Below are positions 24,205 through 37,767 of a stretch of DNA of 64,000 nucleotides, piece by piece (position 1 is the first letter of the stretch; every line of letters begins with the position of its first letter). Source of the stretch: Malacoraja senta (lineage: Eukaryota); NCBI GenBank assembly GCA_038087875.1, contig CM075988.1, forward strand, positions 6,262,001 through 6,326,000, given 5' to 3'. The notes beneath the pieces are model-generated. The model worked only from the letters and a program-made list of their open reading frames with translations, was not told the DNA's origin and ran no database searches. Made by a program: the position numbers and the translations under genes.

Positions 24205-24562
24205 ATACAGTGATGCAGCGTGGAAACAGGCCCTTCGGCCCAACTTGCCCACACCAGCCAACATGTCCCAGCTACACTAGTCCCACCAGCCCAAGTTTGA
24301 TCCATATCCCCCCAAACCTCTCCTATCCATGTACCTGTCTAACTGTTTCTTAAACGTTGGGATAGTCGCAGCCTCAACTACCTCCTCTGACAGTTTGTCC
24401 CATACACCCACCACCCTTTGTGTGAAAAAGTTACCCCTCAGATTCCTATTAAATCTATTCCCCTTCACCTTAAACCTATGTTCTCTGGTCCTTGATTCCC
24501 CTACTCTGGGCAAGAGATTCTGTGCATCTACCCGATCAATTCATCACATGATTTTATACACC
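24205..24562 (-). mobile_element. CR1 LINE 3' fragment
   Basis: PRVGESRTREHRFKV..GNFFTQRVVGVW ORF end plus UTR. Confidence 0.9.
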
Positions 24563-25089
24563 AGTGTTGCTGCTGTGCTCCTCACTCCCAGCCCGGATCA
24601 CAAGCGCATCCTCCCTCCGGTTGCATTCCACCAGTTCCTCCCTCCACAAACCTCTGCACATCCCGAAGAGCCATCCACACCAAAGACTTGATTCTAACTG
24701 TGCAGAAAGGAACTGCAGATACTGGTATATACCAAAGATCGACACAAAGTGCTGGAGTAACTCAGCGGGTCAAGCAGCATCCCTGGAGAGAAAGGATGGG
24801 CAGGAGTACTGGGTGCCATGGATGCCCCCTTCATACCCACTGTGTTACCGTCTCCCTCTGCTTGATCTAAACGCACACAGGAAGACAGACGGGTACGCAA
24901 ATATGTGTATGTTGTCATGGCAACTTGTTTTGCACTTATATGTTGATTATAAATGTATTAGATATTGTCTGTGGTATTGAGTTTACAGGCCTGTTATGCT
25001 GCTGCAAGTAGGAATGTCACTGTTCCGTTGTCGGTACCAATGACAATAAACACTCTTGACTCTTGCATTTGAAGTTGGCAAGCTGAGGT

Positions 25090-25520
25090 GTATTAGACAT
25101 GTCAGCTTGTGCTTGGTCCGCCAAGGCCTGCAGGATCTCCTGATTGCTATCCATTTTAACTCCCCATCCCCTCATACTGACCTTTCCTTCCTGGGCCTCC
25201 TCCACTGCCAGAGGCCACTCCAAGGCTACTCAAAAAGTGGAGGAACAGCACCTCATGTTCTGTTTGTGTAGCTTACACCCCATGACCAATGAAGTTTCCA
25301 ATTCTCAAATAACAATGATCTATTCTACAATTCCTTGAGTTTCATTCCCTTTGTCCTGTTTTCACACCTTACACTTCCTTATCTATACACTTCCTTATAT
25401 ATGTGCCTCCCACTCCCTTGCCATCAGCCTGAAGAAGGGTCTCGACACAAAACATCACCCATTCCTTCTCTCCAGTGATGCTGCCTGTCCCGCTGAGTTA
25501 CTCCAGCACTTTCTGCCATC
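25090..25520 (+). mobile_element. Penelope-like element 3' end (GIY-YIG remnant, UTR, decayed hammerhead-like motif)
   Basis: Remnants IAIHFNSPSPHTDLSFLGLLHC and KVEEQHLMFCLCSL precede ctgaagaagggtctcgacacaaaacatc at 25429-25456, linking the motif to Penelope. Confidence 0.8.
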
Positions 25521-25619
25521 TTCTGCATCAGACAATGCCTCCCTATTAGTTTGACCAGCACAGTATTGTAGGTCACGTCATCCTCCAAGACAATCTGTCA
25601 GGTGGACAGCCTTTCATTG

Positions 25620-25940
25620 CCAGATACAGCATGGAAACAGGCCCTCGGGCCCACCGAGTCCACGCGACCATCAATCACCTATTCACATTAGTTGTCTGTT
25701 ATCCCACTTTCTCATCCACTCCCTACACACTTGCGACAATTCACAGAGAACCAATTAATCTAAAACCCTGCATGTCTTTGGGTTGTGGGAGAAAACGGGA
25801 GCACCCAGAGGAAACCCAGACAGTCAGTCACAGGGAGATCATGCAAACTCCACGCTGACAGCTCCCAAGATCAGGATCGAACCTGGCTCTTTGGCGCTGT
25901 GAGGCGTCAGCTCTACCAGCTGCTTAACTACGGCACCCTT
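25620..25940 (-). mobile_element. HE1/V-SINE-like element (older variant)
   Basis: Reverse-complement match to the SINE consensus. Confidence 0.8.
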
Positions 25941-26371
25941 GAAACGTTTCCTCTGTTCCTCTCTTTCCATGGCTGAGCATGGCCAAAGAGTGGCTGTGTC
26001 TGGTGTGGGGCAGCTGGAGAGATATGAACATGCACAGTCCCACACTGTCAAGCAGGGAACTGGCCGTGCTGCAACATGCATGCTCATATCTCATTCACCC
26101 GTGAGAGACACCAGAGAGCACAACCAGTGCACTACAACAACCAAAGTGCAGTGCTGAACTACTATCCACCTCATTGGTGACCCTCGGACTATCCTTGATT
26201 GGACTTTGCTAGCTTAACCTTGCACTAAACGTTATTCCCTTATAATGTATCTGTGCACTGTAAATGGCTCGACTGTAATCATGTACGGTCTTTCTGCTGA
26301 CTGGACAGCATGCAACAAAGGCTTTTCACTGTACCTCGGTACACGTGACAATAAACTAAACTGAAACTTCA

Positions 26372-26700
26372 AGTGCTGGAGTAGCTCAGCGAGTCAGACA
26401 GTATCTCTGGGGAAAAAGGATGGGTGAAGTTTCAGGTCGGGACCCTCCTTCAGGCTGAAAATATGGCGTTGGAGGGGGTTGAAGAACAGGAGGTGAGAGA
26501 AGACCAGGACAGCCACAAATGACCTCAGGCAGGGCGGCCCCTGGTGGGCCCATTGTTGGCCATGGAAGGTGTGATCTCAACAGGGAAACAATATGGAGAA
26601 CTATGGAACTTGTAAAACAAATGGGGTGGAGGGAGAGGGCAAGGGGGGCGGGGAGGGGAGTGTGTCGAAATTACTTAAAATTCAATGTTCATGCCGCATT
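26372..26700 (-). mobile_element. Penelope-like element 3' end
   Basis: Same terminal repeat on the minus strand plus a GMNIEF-like ORF end at about 26675-26700. Confidence 0.7.
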
Positions 26701-27239
26701 CATCCTTACTGTGGAAGTGCGTGCAACGTTTCGATGCCACTAGCTTCAAGAACGTTAAACAATTTGTAGAATTTGTGCAAAGGTTGAGATAAACAGACTA
26801 CAAACTCTCATGGAAATGTATTTCACGATTATTAAAGGTCTGTTCATGGCAGAATCCAACGGGGGAATAAAATACTCCATTGGATAATACATTTCTTCCA
26901 AGGCCCCTGGAAAATCTATTTGCAGTGTGATTGAGAATATATTTAGTTACAGGCTGGAAATTACTTTATAAAACCAGCGTCTGGGATGATTGGTATACTG
27001 GAAGATGTGACTATGTGCTGATGTACATATTCATACAGCACAGAAATAGGCCCTTTGGTCCAACTCATCCCTGCCAACCAAGGTGTCCCATCTATGCTTG
27101 TTTCCCTATGTTGGCCTATGTCCTTATAAACCATTCCTATCCATGTACATGTCCAATTGTCTTTTACATGCTGTATAGTACTTGGCTTGGCTACTTCCTC
27201 TGGCAGCCCGTTCCGTATCCCCACTGTCTTTAAATGCAA

Positions 27240-27700
27240 TCACTTGGGATGGAAGATGACTTATCTCCACTGTGGTTTTGTCGGTTTTGAGGTGATCAAT
27301 GGGGCATTTTGGGAACTGCAAGCTCTTCCCCAGATGGGCCAGGAAGTGGCTGATGCTGTATGTGGGTGGGTAGATGAGATCCTTCAATCACCAAGACAGG
27401 GCCACTGATGTGTAGGCTCAATGTTTCCAATACCATCCCAAACGCTTAACGTCCACTAAGAGTGGTTATGGGCCAGAGGTGCCCAAGAGTCAGTGAGCGT
27501 ACTATTTCTTTAAGAAGGCTTTGAACACATCCTTGAATCTTTTCCACTGCCCATTAGGGAATCTCTTCCTTCAACAGAGCTCAGAACAGAGTGTTTGTTG
27601 CAGAAGGCTGGTGTTAGGTAAGCAAGCATTGTGGGCTACTCAATGGCCGACTGTAACTGGGCCTCAGTGCTGGGGATGTTTGGCCAGGGGATACAATGAA
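27240..27700 (-). mobile_element. Old RTE-clade LINE 3' fragment
   Basis: Minus strand resembles the RTE motif G.R..GQWKRFKDVFK; compare 40905-41395. Confidence 0.55.
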
Positions 27701-27994
27701 TGAGTAAGGACCAAGTCTGACTAGCAAACACAATCTAGATCTCACCTTTATGCTTAAATGCCCTCCTCCCAATGTTAAATCCTTCTCCATGTATTGGACT
27801 CTTCTACCTGGTTCTGTTACCCTCATAAAGATGTTTTTGTTCTTTGTACCTCCCATACCCTTAGTTTCCCTCTCCCCTGACTCTCTCTGAAGGAGAGCCT
27901 CAACCCAAAATTTCACCTATTCCTTCTCTCCAGAGATGCTGCCTGACCCGCTGAGTTACTCCAGCATTTTGTGTCTATCTTCTGTTACCCTCAT

Positions 27995-29012
27995 GTGTGC
28001 TTTTTCTGTTTGGCCGCCAGTGAGTTGTGGAGTTCCGCAGGGCTCGGTGCTGGGGCCGCTGCTCTTCACGTTGTATATTAATGATTTGGAAGAGAGGATT
28101 GAAGGCTTTGTGGCCAAATTTGCAGATGATATGAAAATAGGTGGAGGGGCAGGTAGTGTAGAGAAAGCAGGGACTCTGCAGAAGAATTTGAATAGGTTGG
28201 GAGAGTGGGCAAAGAAGTGGCAGATGGAATATAGTGTAGCAAATTGTGGAATCATGCAATTTGGTCGTAGGAAAAATGGCGTAAATTATTTTCTAAATGG
28301 GGGGAGTATCCAGAAATCGGAGCTGCAAAGGGACTTGGGAGTGCTGGTGCTGTATTCCCAAAAAGTTAATCTGCAAGCATTTATTTCGAGAGGGATGGAA
28401 TACAAAAACAGGGATGTAATGTTCAGGCTCTATAAGGTACTGGTAAGGCTGTATTTGGAGTATTGTGAGCAATTTTGGCACCATATTTGAGGAAGGATGT
28501 GCTGGCTCTGGAGAGGGTCCAGAGGAGGTTTACAAGAATGATACCAGGAATTAGTAGGTTAACAAATGATGAGCGTTTGAAGGCACTTGGTCTATGTTCG
28601 CTGGAGTTTAGAAGAATGAGGGAGGACCTCATTAAAACGTACAGAATAGTGAAAGACTTGGATAGAGTGGATGTGGAGAGGATGTTTCCACTAATGGGAG
28701 AGTCAAGGACCAGAGGTCATACGCTCAGAATTAAAGGACATTCTTTTAGGAAGGAGATGAGGAGGAATTTCTTTAGTCAGAGGGTGGTGAATCTGTGGAA
28801 TTCCTTGCAACAGAAGGCTGTGGAGGCAAAGTCAGTGGATATATTTAAAGCAGGGATAGTTAGATTCTTGATTAGTACGGGTGTCAGAGGTTATGGGGAG
28901 AAGGTAGGAGGATGGGGTTAGGATGGAGAGATAGATCAGCCATGATTGAATGACGGAGTAGACTTGATAGGCCAAATGGGCTAATTCTGCTCCAATCACT
29001 TATAATCTTATG
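27995..29012 (+). mobile_element. CR1 LINE 3' fragment including the RT core
   Basis: GVPQGSVLGPLLF.LYINDL, KFADD, frameshift near 28480, then APYLRKDVLALERVQRRFTR to the stop at 28921 and UTR. Confidence 0.95.
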
Positions 29013-29166
29013 AACTCCTTAACCAATGCAAAACGCACCGTGGCTGCCCCACAACACCTTCATGCCTGCCATCTTGTGACGAAAAGGGTGACAGAAACAT
29101 GCAGGTCAGCTCATTGGCCTCAAAGTCAGACACCAACCCAGCCTGGATACATCCCTAACTTTCTCG

Positions 29167-29385
29167 TAGAAACAAAGAACTGCAGATGCTAGTTTATACC
29201 AAAAATAGATACAAAGTGCTGGGGTAAGTCAACGGATCAGGCAACATCTCTGGAGAAAAAGGATGGGTGATGTTTTAGGTCGGGGCCCTTCATGGAGGAA
29301 AGGTCCCCTCCAGAAATATCACCCATCCTTTTTCTCCAGAGATGCTGCCTCACCCGCTCAGTTACTCCAGCACTTTGCACTTATC
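29167..29385. mobile_element. Penelope-derived inverted terminal-repeat pair
   Basis: The two arms are reverse complements of the recurrent ccagagatgctgcc..gagttactccagca segment. Confidence 0.7.
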
Positions 29386-29664
29386 TTCCCTATCTATCTT
29401 CCTTGTAACTGGCTCAAGGACCTGGAGATCCTTTCCTACGGTCATGTTGGGTGTCTACAACAATTGATTTCAGGACTTAGATTCAGGACTTCTGCGTTTG
29501 TCCAAGTGCGCACAGAGGTTCCACTCTGTGGGTGAGTGTTAACAGTTCTGTTGGCTAGAGCCTATGAATGAGGTGGATATTTAATTGAGACAGGAGTATG
29601 GGGCAGGACATTGGGAGATTGGTCTCTTCATTTGCCGTGGGTTGTTTTTAACTCCTGCAGGGAA

Positions 29665-30210
29665 AGAGGCTCGGGTTTTATGAGGATGTTGCCAGGTTTT
29701 GGTCACCATCTTATTGGAAACATGTTGTCAAGCTGGAAAGGGCGCAGAGAAGATTTACAAAGATGTTGCTAGGACTCGGGGGCCTGGGCTGTAGGGAGAG
29801 GTTGAGCAGGCGAGGACTTTATTCCTTGGAGTGCAGGAGGATGAGGGGTGATCTCATAGAGGTGTATAAGACCATGAAGAGAATAGAAAGGGCAAATGCA
29901 CAGAGTCTTTTACCCAGAGTAGGGGAATCAAGAACCTGAGGACATCCGTTTAAGATGAGGGGGGAAAGATTTAATAGGAACCTTTACACAAAGGGTGGTA
30001 GGTATAGGGAACGAGCTGCCGAAGGAGATAGTTGAGGCAGGCATTATCATAACAATTACAAAACATTGGAAAAGGTGCATGAATAGGATATGCTCAGAGG
30101 GATATGGGCTAAACGAGGCAGGTGGACTAGTGTAGATGGGGCATGTTGGTCGGCGCGGGCAAGTTGGGCTGAAGAACCTGTTTCCACGCTGTATGGCTCT
30201 ATGACTCTAT
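29665..30210 (+). mobile_element. CR1 LINE 3' fragment
   Basis: Decayed ORF end (LYSLECRRMRGDLIEVYK) and UTR. Confidence 0.88.
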
Positions 30211-31034
30211 GCTTCCTCTCTGCACCAGTACATCACCTAGAGTATGTGCTGGGGTCCTGTGTCAGATCCTGAAATGCGGCTTTGCTCTAAGCTGGGCTGG
30301 TTTTCCAGATCTGGACATTGCAGAAACTGCTACATTTCTTGCAGCAATTTTCATGTCCGCATCTGAGACAAAAAAAAAACCCTCACACCATCGCACAAGA
30401 TGCCCATTAACGCCGACAAAAAGTCCATTTCAGCTTGTGCATTCCTGTTTGTGTTGAGCCATATCCCTCTCCCTGACCCGGTGATGGAGTTCATACTTCC
30501 TTCTAACATGAAAACAATGCCACGTTATGTTTCTCGTACAATCTTATCCCCAACAAATAAGCAAAGGAAGTTACTGAGCAATTAAAACCAGACTCCATTT
30601 TAATGCAAAACCATCAGGCCATCTGGTTTCCAGGCTGGACACAATGGCTTAAAGTTCTTGAACTGATGCTTTCAGCTGATGAGGAATGATCCGGTAGATG
30701 AACAAGAGACATTCTTTGTTCATTATTCTCCCTTGCAGATGTAGCTTCATTTTTTGCTGCTTGGCACACTTCAAAAAGAAATTCTATCTGCACGAAGAAA
30801 GATGCGGTTGATTCTTTCCGATATCTCAGCGTCACTGTCTGTATTTATCAACCACTCTCTCTCAGTCTGTCTCTATCTCCTTTTAACTGTGTCCCTTACC
30901 CCTTGTCTCATGAGCAAGGCCAACAAGGTGGCAGTGTCTGAACTTCTTGACGGGCTGCAGTCTGTGTGGTGATCATGAATTTTGATGCAATGGCAATGAA
31001 GGAAAGGCAATGATGCAAGTGGCAGATAGTTCCA

Positions 31035-31350
31035 GTAATGGGAAAGTCTAGAACCAGAGGGCACAGCGTCAGAATGAAAGGACGTACCTTCAGAATGGAA
31101 ATGAGGAGGAAGTTATTAAGCCAAAGCCAAATGAATCTGTAGAATTCATTGCCACAGACGGCTGTGGACGCCCAGTCATTGGATATTTTAAAGCAGATGT
31201 TGATAGGCTCTTGATTAGTAACGGTGTCAAAAGTTACGGGAAGAAGACAGAAGAATGGGGATGAGAGGGAAAGATAGATCAGCCATGATTGAATGGCAGA
31301 GTAAACTCAATGGGCTGAAGGGATTTATTCTAATCCTACGTCTTATGGTG
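31035..31350 (+). mobile_element. CR1 LINE 3' fragment
   Basis: SRTRGHS-like ORF end and gatagatcagccatgattgaatgg UTR. Confidence 0.85.
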
Positions 31351-31724
31351 ATGATGAGGCATCAATTGGAAGTCCCCGTACACAATGTTCTTGGGGTTGC
31401 ACTAAAACAATATGTATGGGAACATTGTTCTAGTGCAATGTCCCCATACACCTCAGTCGTGCTGAGCAATGATAATCTCCCTAGCAAATTCTCCCAGGCA
31501 CTTGACTGGTCTAACCATAATATGGAATCGGAGGCAGGGTATTCTGCAGCAGGATCTCACAGCCTCACCTCCCCACCATCCCCCCATAAGACTCATCACA
31601 TCATAGTTATAGAGTCTTGGTTAAGTTCTGCAGAGGATTTTAAATATATTGCACCCATCAGCACAGTGGAAGGAATGGTGGAGGATAATGAAGAGAATCT
31701 CTGTTTAAGTTTTAAATTAAGTAA

Positions 31725-32150
31725 GGCAGTAGAGCTGCTGCCTTACGGCGCCAGAGACCCGGGTTCGATGTCTGTACGGAGTTTGTACGTTCTCCCCGTG
31801 ACAACGTGGCTTTTCTCTGGGTTCTCCTGTTTCATCTCAACTCCAAAGTCGTACAGGTTTGTACGTCTCGACCCGAAGGGTCTCGACCCGTAACGTCACC
31901 CATTCCTTTTCTTCAAAGATGCTGCCTCACCCACTCGGTTACTCCAGCATTTTGTGTCTACCTCCGGTTTGTTGAGTAATTGCCTTGGGCAACAATTGTA
32001 AATCGTCCCTAGTGTGTAGGATAGAGCTAGTGGGCGGGGATCGCTGGTCGGCACGGACTCGGTGGGCTGAAGGACCTGTTTCCACATTGTATCTCTAAAC
32101 TAAAATAAAATAAAATAAACTAAACTAAAATTAAATAATTAAAATAAAAT
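31725..32150 (+). mobile_element. HE1/V-SINE-like element interrupted by a Penelope-derived repeat (about 31865-31970)
   Basis: SINE V domain ends at about 31863 and resumes at about 31975. Confidence 0.8.
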
Positions 32151-32769
32151 AAACACTGCAATACTTCTGGGGAAGGTGACCTGAAGTGCTATTGGTAGAC
32201 TGGACCCAAAGATAATGAAGGAACAGCATTGTATGTCCAGGTGTGGATCACGTGTGGCTTAGATGGGAACCTTCAGACTGGTGTTCCCATGTGTTGGCTT
32301 TCCTTGCCCTCCAAGGTTGTTTAGAGAGTTGTTGTCAGAGTAGCCTGGGCAAGGATTGGAGTGCATTTTGTACCTGGTACACACTGCACCCATTGTGCAC
32401 CAGTGGTGAAGAGAGTCAATATTTAGGGTGATGGATGAGTGCCAATCTAGGGAGCTGCTTTAAGCTGGGTGGCGTTGAGCTACTGGAGAATCGCTGACTC
32501 GTCATTTATCCAGGAAAACATAGAGTGTTCCATTGTTGAACTGTTGAATGAAGTGACCATTAAAAGAGCTGTTTAGTCCTGGATGGCTTCGACTCGGTTG
32601 AGTGTTGCGATTGTACCCATTCCTACAAGTTGAAATGTATCCCATCAACCTTCTGATGAGTGGACAGGAAGGGTTTAGAGAGATGTGTCAAATGTGGGCA
32701 AATGGGGCTTGATCAGATGGGTAACTGGTCAGCATGGATGAGTTGGGCTGAAGGGCTGTATGACATGAT

Positions 32770-33072
32770 GACTTTAGACTTTAGATTTTAGAGATACAGC
32801 GTGGAAACAGGCCCACGGAGTCTGCGCTGCCCTGCGCCCACCCCATACCCAAGTATTATCCTACACATGAGTACCAATTTACAATTTTACCAAAGCCAAT
32901 TAACCTACTGTACATACCTGCACACCTTTGGAGTGTGAGAGGAACCCGGAGCTCCCGGAGAAAACCCACGCAGGTCACGGGGAGACTCGATACAGACAGC
33001 ACCCATTGTCAGGATCGAACCCGGGTCTCTGGCGCTGGAAGGCAGCAATTCTACTACTGAGCCACAATGCCA
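32770..33072 (-). mobile_element. HE1/V-SINE-like element
   Basis: Reverse-complement match to the SINE consensus. Confidence 0.85.
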
Positions 33073-33174
33073 ACCATATGAAGCCGTGTCTTAAATGGGT
33101 GGCGGTGAGCAACACATAGGTCAACAGCACATCCCTCTGACCACAGTGTCGGGTAAGTGGTGCATGACATTGGG

Positions 33175-33912
33175 TGTTCATAAGTTCATATCATAGGAGC
33201 AGAATTAGGCCATTCGGCCCATCAAGTCTACTCCACCATTCAATCATGGCTGATCTATCTTTCCATCTCAACCCCAGTGTCCTGCCTTCTTCCCATAACC
33301 CCAGACGCCCGTACTAATGAAGAACCTATCAATCTACAGCTTAAAAATATCAATTGATGGCCTACAGAGTCTTCTGTTGCATTGATTTAACAGATTCACC
33401 ACCCTCAGACTAAAGTGGTTCCTCCTCATCTTCTAAAGGAACGTCCTTTTATTCTGAGACTGTGCCCTCTGGTCCTAGACTCTCCCACTAGTGGAAACAT
33501 CTTCTCCACATCCTCTCTATCCAGGCCTTTCACTATTCGATAAGTTTCAATGAAGTGTCCCCTCATCCTTCTAAACTCCAGCCAGTACAGGCCCAGTGAC
33601 TTCTTCATATGTTAACCCAATCATCCCTGGGATCATTCTCGTAAACCTCCTCTGGACCCTCTCCAGAACCAGCACATCCTTTCTCAGATAAGGGACCCAA
33701 ACTGCTCACAATACTCCAAATATGGCTGATCAGTGCCTTATAAAGCCTCAGCATTACATTCCAGTTTTTATATTCTAGTCCTCTCAAAATAAATGCTAGC
33801 ATGGCATTTATCTTCCTTATTACCGTTGACTTGAAAAGTAACCTTTGAGGAATACTGCACCAGCACTCCCAGGTCCCGTTGCACCTCTGATTTCTGGATT
33901 CTCTCCCCATTT
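33175..33912 (-). mobile_element. CR1 LINE 3' fragment
   Basis: LNGERIQKSEVQRDLGVLV, LAFILRGLEYK and GESRTRGHSLRIKG pieces plus UTR. Confidence 0.92.
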
Positions 33913-33979
33913 AGGAGGCACCAGTCCCAGTGTGGTGACCTGTTGTTGGTGGTCATTATATCTGGATCAGTCATGGTTG

Positions 33980-34733
33980 GTGGGGGCGCTGCGAGACGGC
34001 TGCCCTGCCAGCAGCGTGTTCGTTATTTCTACTTTTTTTTGTGTGTCCATATGTTTGTTTTAGTGTCTCTCGGTGTGTCTTGTGTGGGATGTGGTTTGGT
34101 CGCCTCCTCCACGGAGAGGCGACTTTTTCCATGTCGCCTCCCTCGTGGCCTAACACCATGGATTGGAGCGGCCTTTCCCGGAGTCGGGCCCGGAGTTTCA
34201 GCAGCGGGCGCAGTGTGGACTTTTCATCGCGGAGTGGGCGAGCCCTTGCTGGAGGTCGCCAGAAGGGAGTGCTCCGATCGCTGGCCCGCTGATTGTTACA
34301 TCCTGAAGCCGCGGTCTGCGGCGCTTCTAGCTTCGGGCGCGGCGTGGACTTACCATCCGGAGCGAGATCCCTCGCTGGGGATAGCCAGAGAAGAACTCCG
34401 ACACTGGCTTGCGGCCTACGACATCCTGAAGCCAATGTCTCCGGTAAGAAAATGCCGATTCGGGACCTCCAAGCCGCGGAGTGTGTTCGACCGTCCCGAC
34501 GAGAGGGCCTGTACATCCAGCCACCGTAGCGACGACTGGGGAGGTTTATGGCCCCGACCACGGATGAACAACAGAGGAGGACTGACTGAACTTTGTGCCT
34601 TCCACCACAGTGATGAAAGCTGTGTTAAATCTTACTGTGTATTGTGTGTTCTCTTTTAATTGTACCGCTGCTGGCAAATTCATTTCACTGCACCTTCGGG
34701 TGTATGTGACGAATAAAATTGACTATTGACTAT
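33980..34733 (+). mobile_element. GC-rich non-coding retroposon with Rex1-like tail
   Basis: CpG-rich body without a credible ORF, ending atttcactgcacc..gtgacgaataaa(attgact)n. Shares motifs with 38801-39831. Confidence 0.65.
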
Positions 34734-34829
34734 CATGGTCATCTGAGCTCACATGAAGAATGTTCAATAGATTGGAAATTCACTCAGTGGTTCAGACAGC
34801 AACCATGGAGGAAATAGATTGGCGATGGC

Positions 34830-34987
34830 GATGGGGGGAGTGGGGAGGGGGAGGGGGAGGGGGAGGGGGAGGGGTGAGGGGGAAGAACAAAGGGGGCCTA
34901 GTGTGGGGGAGGGGAGAGGGGGGAGGGGGAGGGGGGAGGGGGGAGGGGGGAGGGGGGAGGGGGGAGGGGGGAGGGGGGAGGGGGGAA
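34830..34987. repeat. G-rich (gggggag)n low-complexity tract
   Basis: Direct reading; G-quadruplex-capable pattern. Confidence 0.92.
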
Positions 34988-35157
34988 GAACAAGGGGTCT
35001 TGGCGCTGGATATTTTGTAACATTGTAAGCATCCTTTATGTGGCGACTATTTGCATACCTTGGATGTGCAAGCAAAGAATTTCACCGTGACTCGTCTCAT
35101 GTGACAATAAAGTATTCATTAATTAATTCATTCATTCAGTTCCCTCCCCTTTACTTG

Positions 35158-36000
35158 CAGTCTGAAGAAGGGTCCTGACCCAAAACATCACCCATCCTTT
35201 TTCTCCAGAGATGCTGCCTGACCCACTGAGTTACTCCAGCATGCTGTGCCTATCTTCAACTCGGAGGAAGCCCATTCCCTCTCCATTCCTATGCCCTCTG
35301 CAGGACCATATATCCCTTGAAGCTCTCTCCAACATTATCATAGACCTACCTTTTGCATTAAATGCTTACCAGTTAAGATTTTGCGATATAGATTTTGCAA
35401 TATATAGAGAGATATAGAACAATGATGGAGAGATATAGAACAAGTGAATGAAAGATATGAATGATATGCAAACATTTACTTTTTTGCATATCTTTCATTC
35501 ATTTGTTCTATATCTCTATATATCACCGTCTATATCTCTCGTTTCCCTTTCCCCTGACTCTCAGTCTGAATAAGGGTTTTAACCTGAGATGTCTCCTATT
35601 CCTTTACTCCAGACATGCTGCCTGTCCTGCTGAGTTACTCCAGCTTTTTGTGTCTACCTTTGGTTTAAACCAGCAGTTCCTTCCTACACATTAAGAGTTT
35701 GAATTGGTTTAAATCCTTACATAAGTTATAGCAATGAGGTGTTGTATGTAACAGCTACTCCCATATTTATGCGAGACAGCCTGAGATTTATATTTGAGGA
35801 GGGGATCAGCTGTTCGAAGAGCTATTTCGACGAGAAGCGTTGCCGAAATATGAATGATGGGGTCTGCAAATTTGACGTTCCTTCCTCAGACTCTGAGTTA
35901 GAGTCTGAGGAAGGGTCTCGACCCGAAACGCTATCCATTCCTTCTATCCAGAGATGTTGCCTGAGCCGCTGAGTTACTCCAACGTTTTGTGTCTAACTCT
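35158..36000 (+). mobile_element. Cluster of three Penelope-derived terminal repeats
   Basis: Motif copies near 35162, 35566 and 35905. Inverted repeat at about 35429-35459 and 35487-35517. Confidence 0.72.
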
Positions 36001-36679
36001 GAAGAGAAGTGAGTTTAAAGGTGAACGAGTATCGGGTTATGAATGGGGTGCTGGTTCTGGTGAACTGAAAAGACAGCGTTCGGAGCCAGCATTCCCAGGA
36101 AAGTGAAGAAACATCCGTCTGTATCTCATTTCAGAGAATGGAATTACCCTTGTGGCTTTGACCTTCTTTAGGAATCTACAGGGAGCATTGAGCATGAATT
36201 GTGCCCTCTGACCTGCTAGTCTTATGGCTCCTGCAGTTGCTAGCAGTCATTCATCAATGTCAAGTGGGCCTCAGTGATCATGTTATTCCTTCTTGCTGTT
36301 GTTCCCTGGGTATTAATAAGAGATTAGGCTGAATAGTTTGACTCCTCAGTGCTTTTGAGTGTGGTGCCAGGTATTACAGGGCAAAATCTCGTCAAGGCCT
36401 TGTTAATGGCCACTATCAAGATAATGGCACGATATATCAAAGTGCTGTTTTAGCTACAAGGTCCCAGCTTCATTTAGCGAAGTCTGCGGCCAAGATCAGT
36501 TTGTTCCTCAGCAAACAGCTCGGCAACACTGCAAGTGTTCTCTCCTATCCAAGAGGTGAAGACCCGAAACGTCACCCATTCTTTCTCTCCAGAGATGCTG
36601 CCCGTCCCGCTGAGTTACTCCAGCATTTTGTGTCTGGTCTCGATGGAATTCAGTTTAATGGAAACACAAGAGGCTGCTG

Positions 36680-37008
36680 GGGCAGCACGGTGGCGCAGCG
36701 GTAGAGTTGCTGCCTTACAGCAGTTGCTGCGCCAGAGACCCGGGTTGATCCTGACCACAGGTGCTGTCTGTATGGAGTTTGTACCTTCTCCCCATGACCT
36801 GCCTGCGTTTTCTCCAAGATCTTCGGTTTCCTCCCACACTTCAAAGACGTACAGGTATATAGGTAAATCGGCTTGGTATAAGTGTATATTGTCCGTGGTG
36901 TGTATAAGATGGTGTCGGTGTGCGGGGGTTGCTGGTCGGTGCGGACCCGGTGGGCCAAAAGACCTGTTTCTGTGCTGTATCTCTAAACTAAATCACTAAA
37001 CTAAACTA
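36680..37008 (+). mobile_element. HE1/V-SINE-like element
   Basis: Full-length match with (ctaaa)n tail. Confidence 0.88.
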
Positions 37009-37099
37009 AGATGCTGAAATCTAGAGCAAAGCACAAAGTGCTGGGGGAACTCTGCGGGTCAGGCAGCATCTGTGGAGGGAATGGACAGATGACCGTAGA

Positions 37100-37392
37100 T
37101 GTTTAGAGATACAGCATGGAAACAGGCCCTTTGGCCCATCGAGCCCATGCCGGCCAGTGATCCCTGTACCCTAGCACTATCCTACACACTAGGGACAATT
37201 TACAATTTACAGAAGCCAATTAATCTACAAACCTGTGTCTTTAGGGTGTGGGAGGAAACTGGAGCATCCGGAGAAAACCCAGGCGGTCACAGGGAGAACG
37301 TACAAACTCCATACAAAACGCACCCGTAATCAGAATTGAACCTGGGTCTCCGGCACTGTGAGGCAGCAACTCTACTGATGCGCCACCGTGCC
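37100..37392 (-). mobile_element. HE1/V-SINE-like element inserted into a Penelope-derived inverted repeat (about 37010-37500)
   Basis: Reverse-complement SINE flanked by the two arms of the inverted repeat. Confidence 0.85.
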
Positions 37393-37767
37393 TCACCACG
37401 TTTCGAGTCTGAAAAAGAGTCCCGATCCAAAAGATCATCTGTCTATTCCCTCCACAGATGCTGCCTGACCTGTTGAGTCTCCCCAGCAATTTGTGTTTTG
37501 GTGAAAGGAGTTTAGATATATTGAATAAGTCATAGAAACAGGTCTTCGGCCCATCATGTCCATGCTAACCATTTTGCCCATTTTTACTTATCCCTTTTTT
37601 GTCTGCACATGGTAAATAAACCTTCTATTCCTTACCTATTTGTCTGTCTAAACATCTCTTAAACATGGTGATTGTGTTTGAGACCACCATCTCCTCTGGC
37701 AGTGAATTCTTCCTCACAGCCATCAGGCTATTAAACTCAACTCAAACAAAACTCTGAACATTAATAG

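Noticed and set aside
31255..31893. 212-aa ORF
   Set aside because: Starts in a CR1 UTR and ends in a SINE; a chance read-through.
33943..34659. 238-aa and overlapping ORFs in GC-rich DNA (likewise 38916-39317 and 46866-47288)
   Set aside because: Several frames on both strands are open because of high GC content; no protein motifs; all lie inside repeats.
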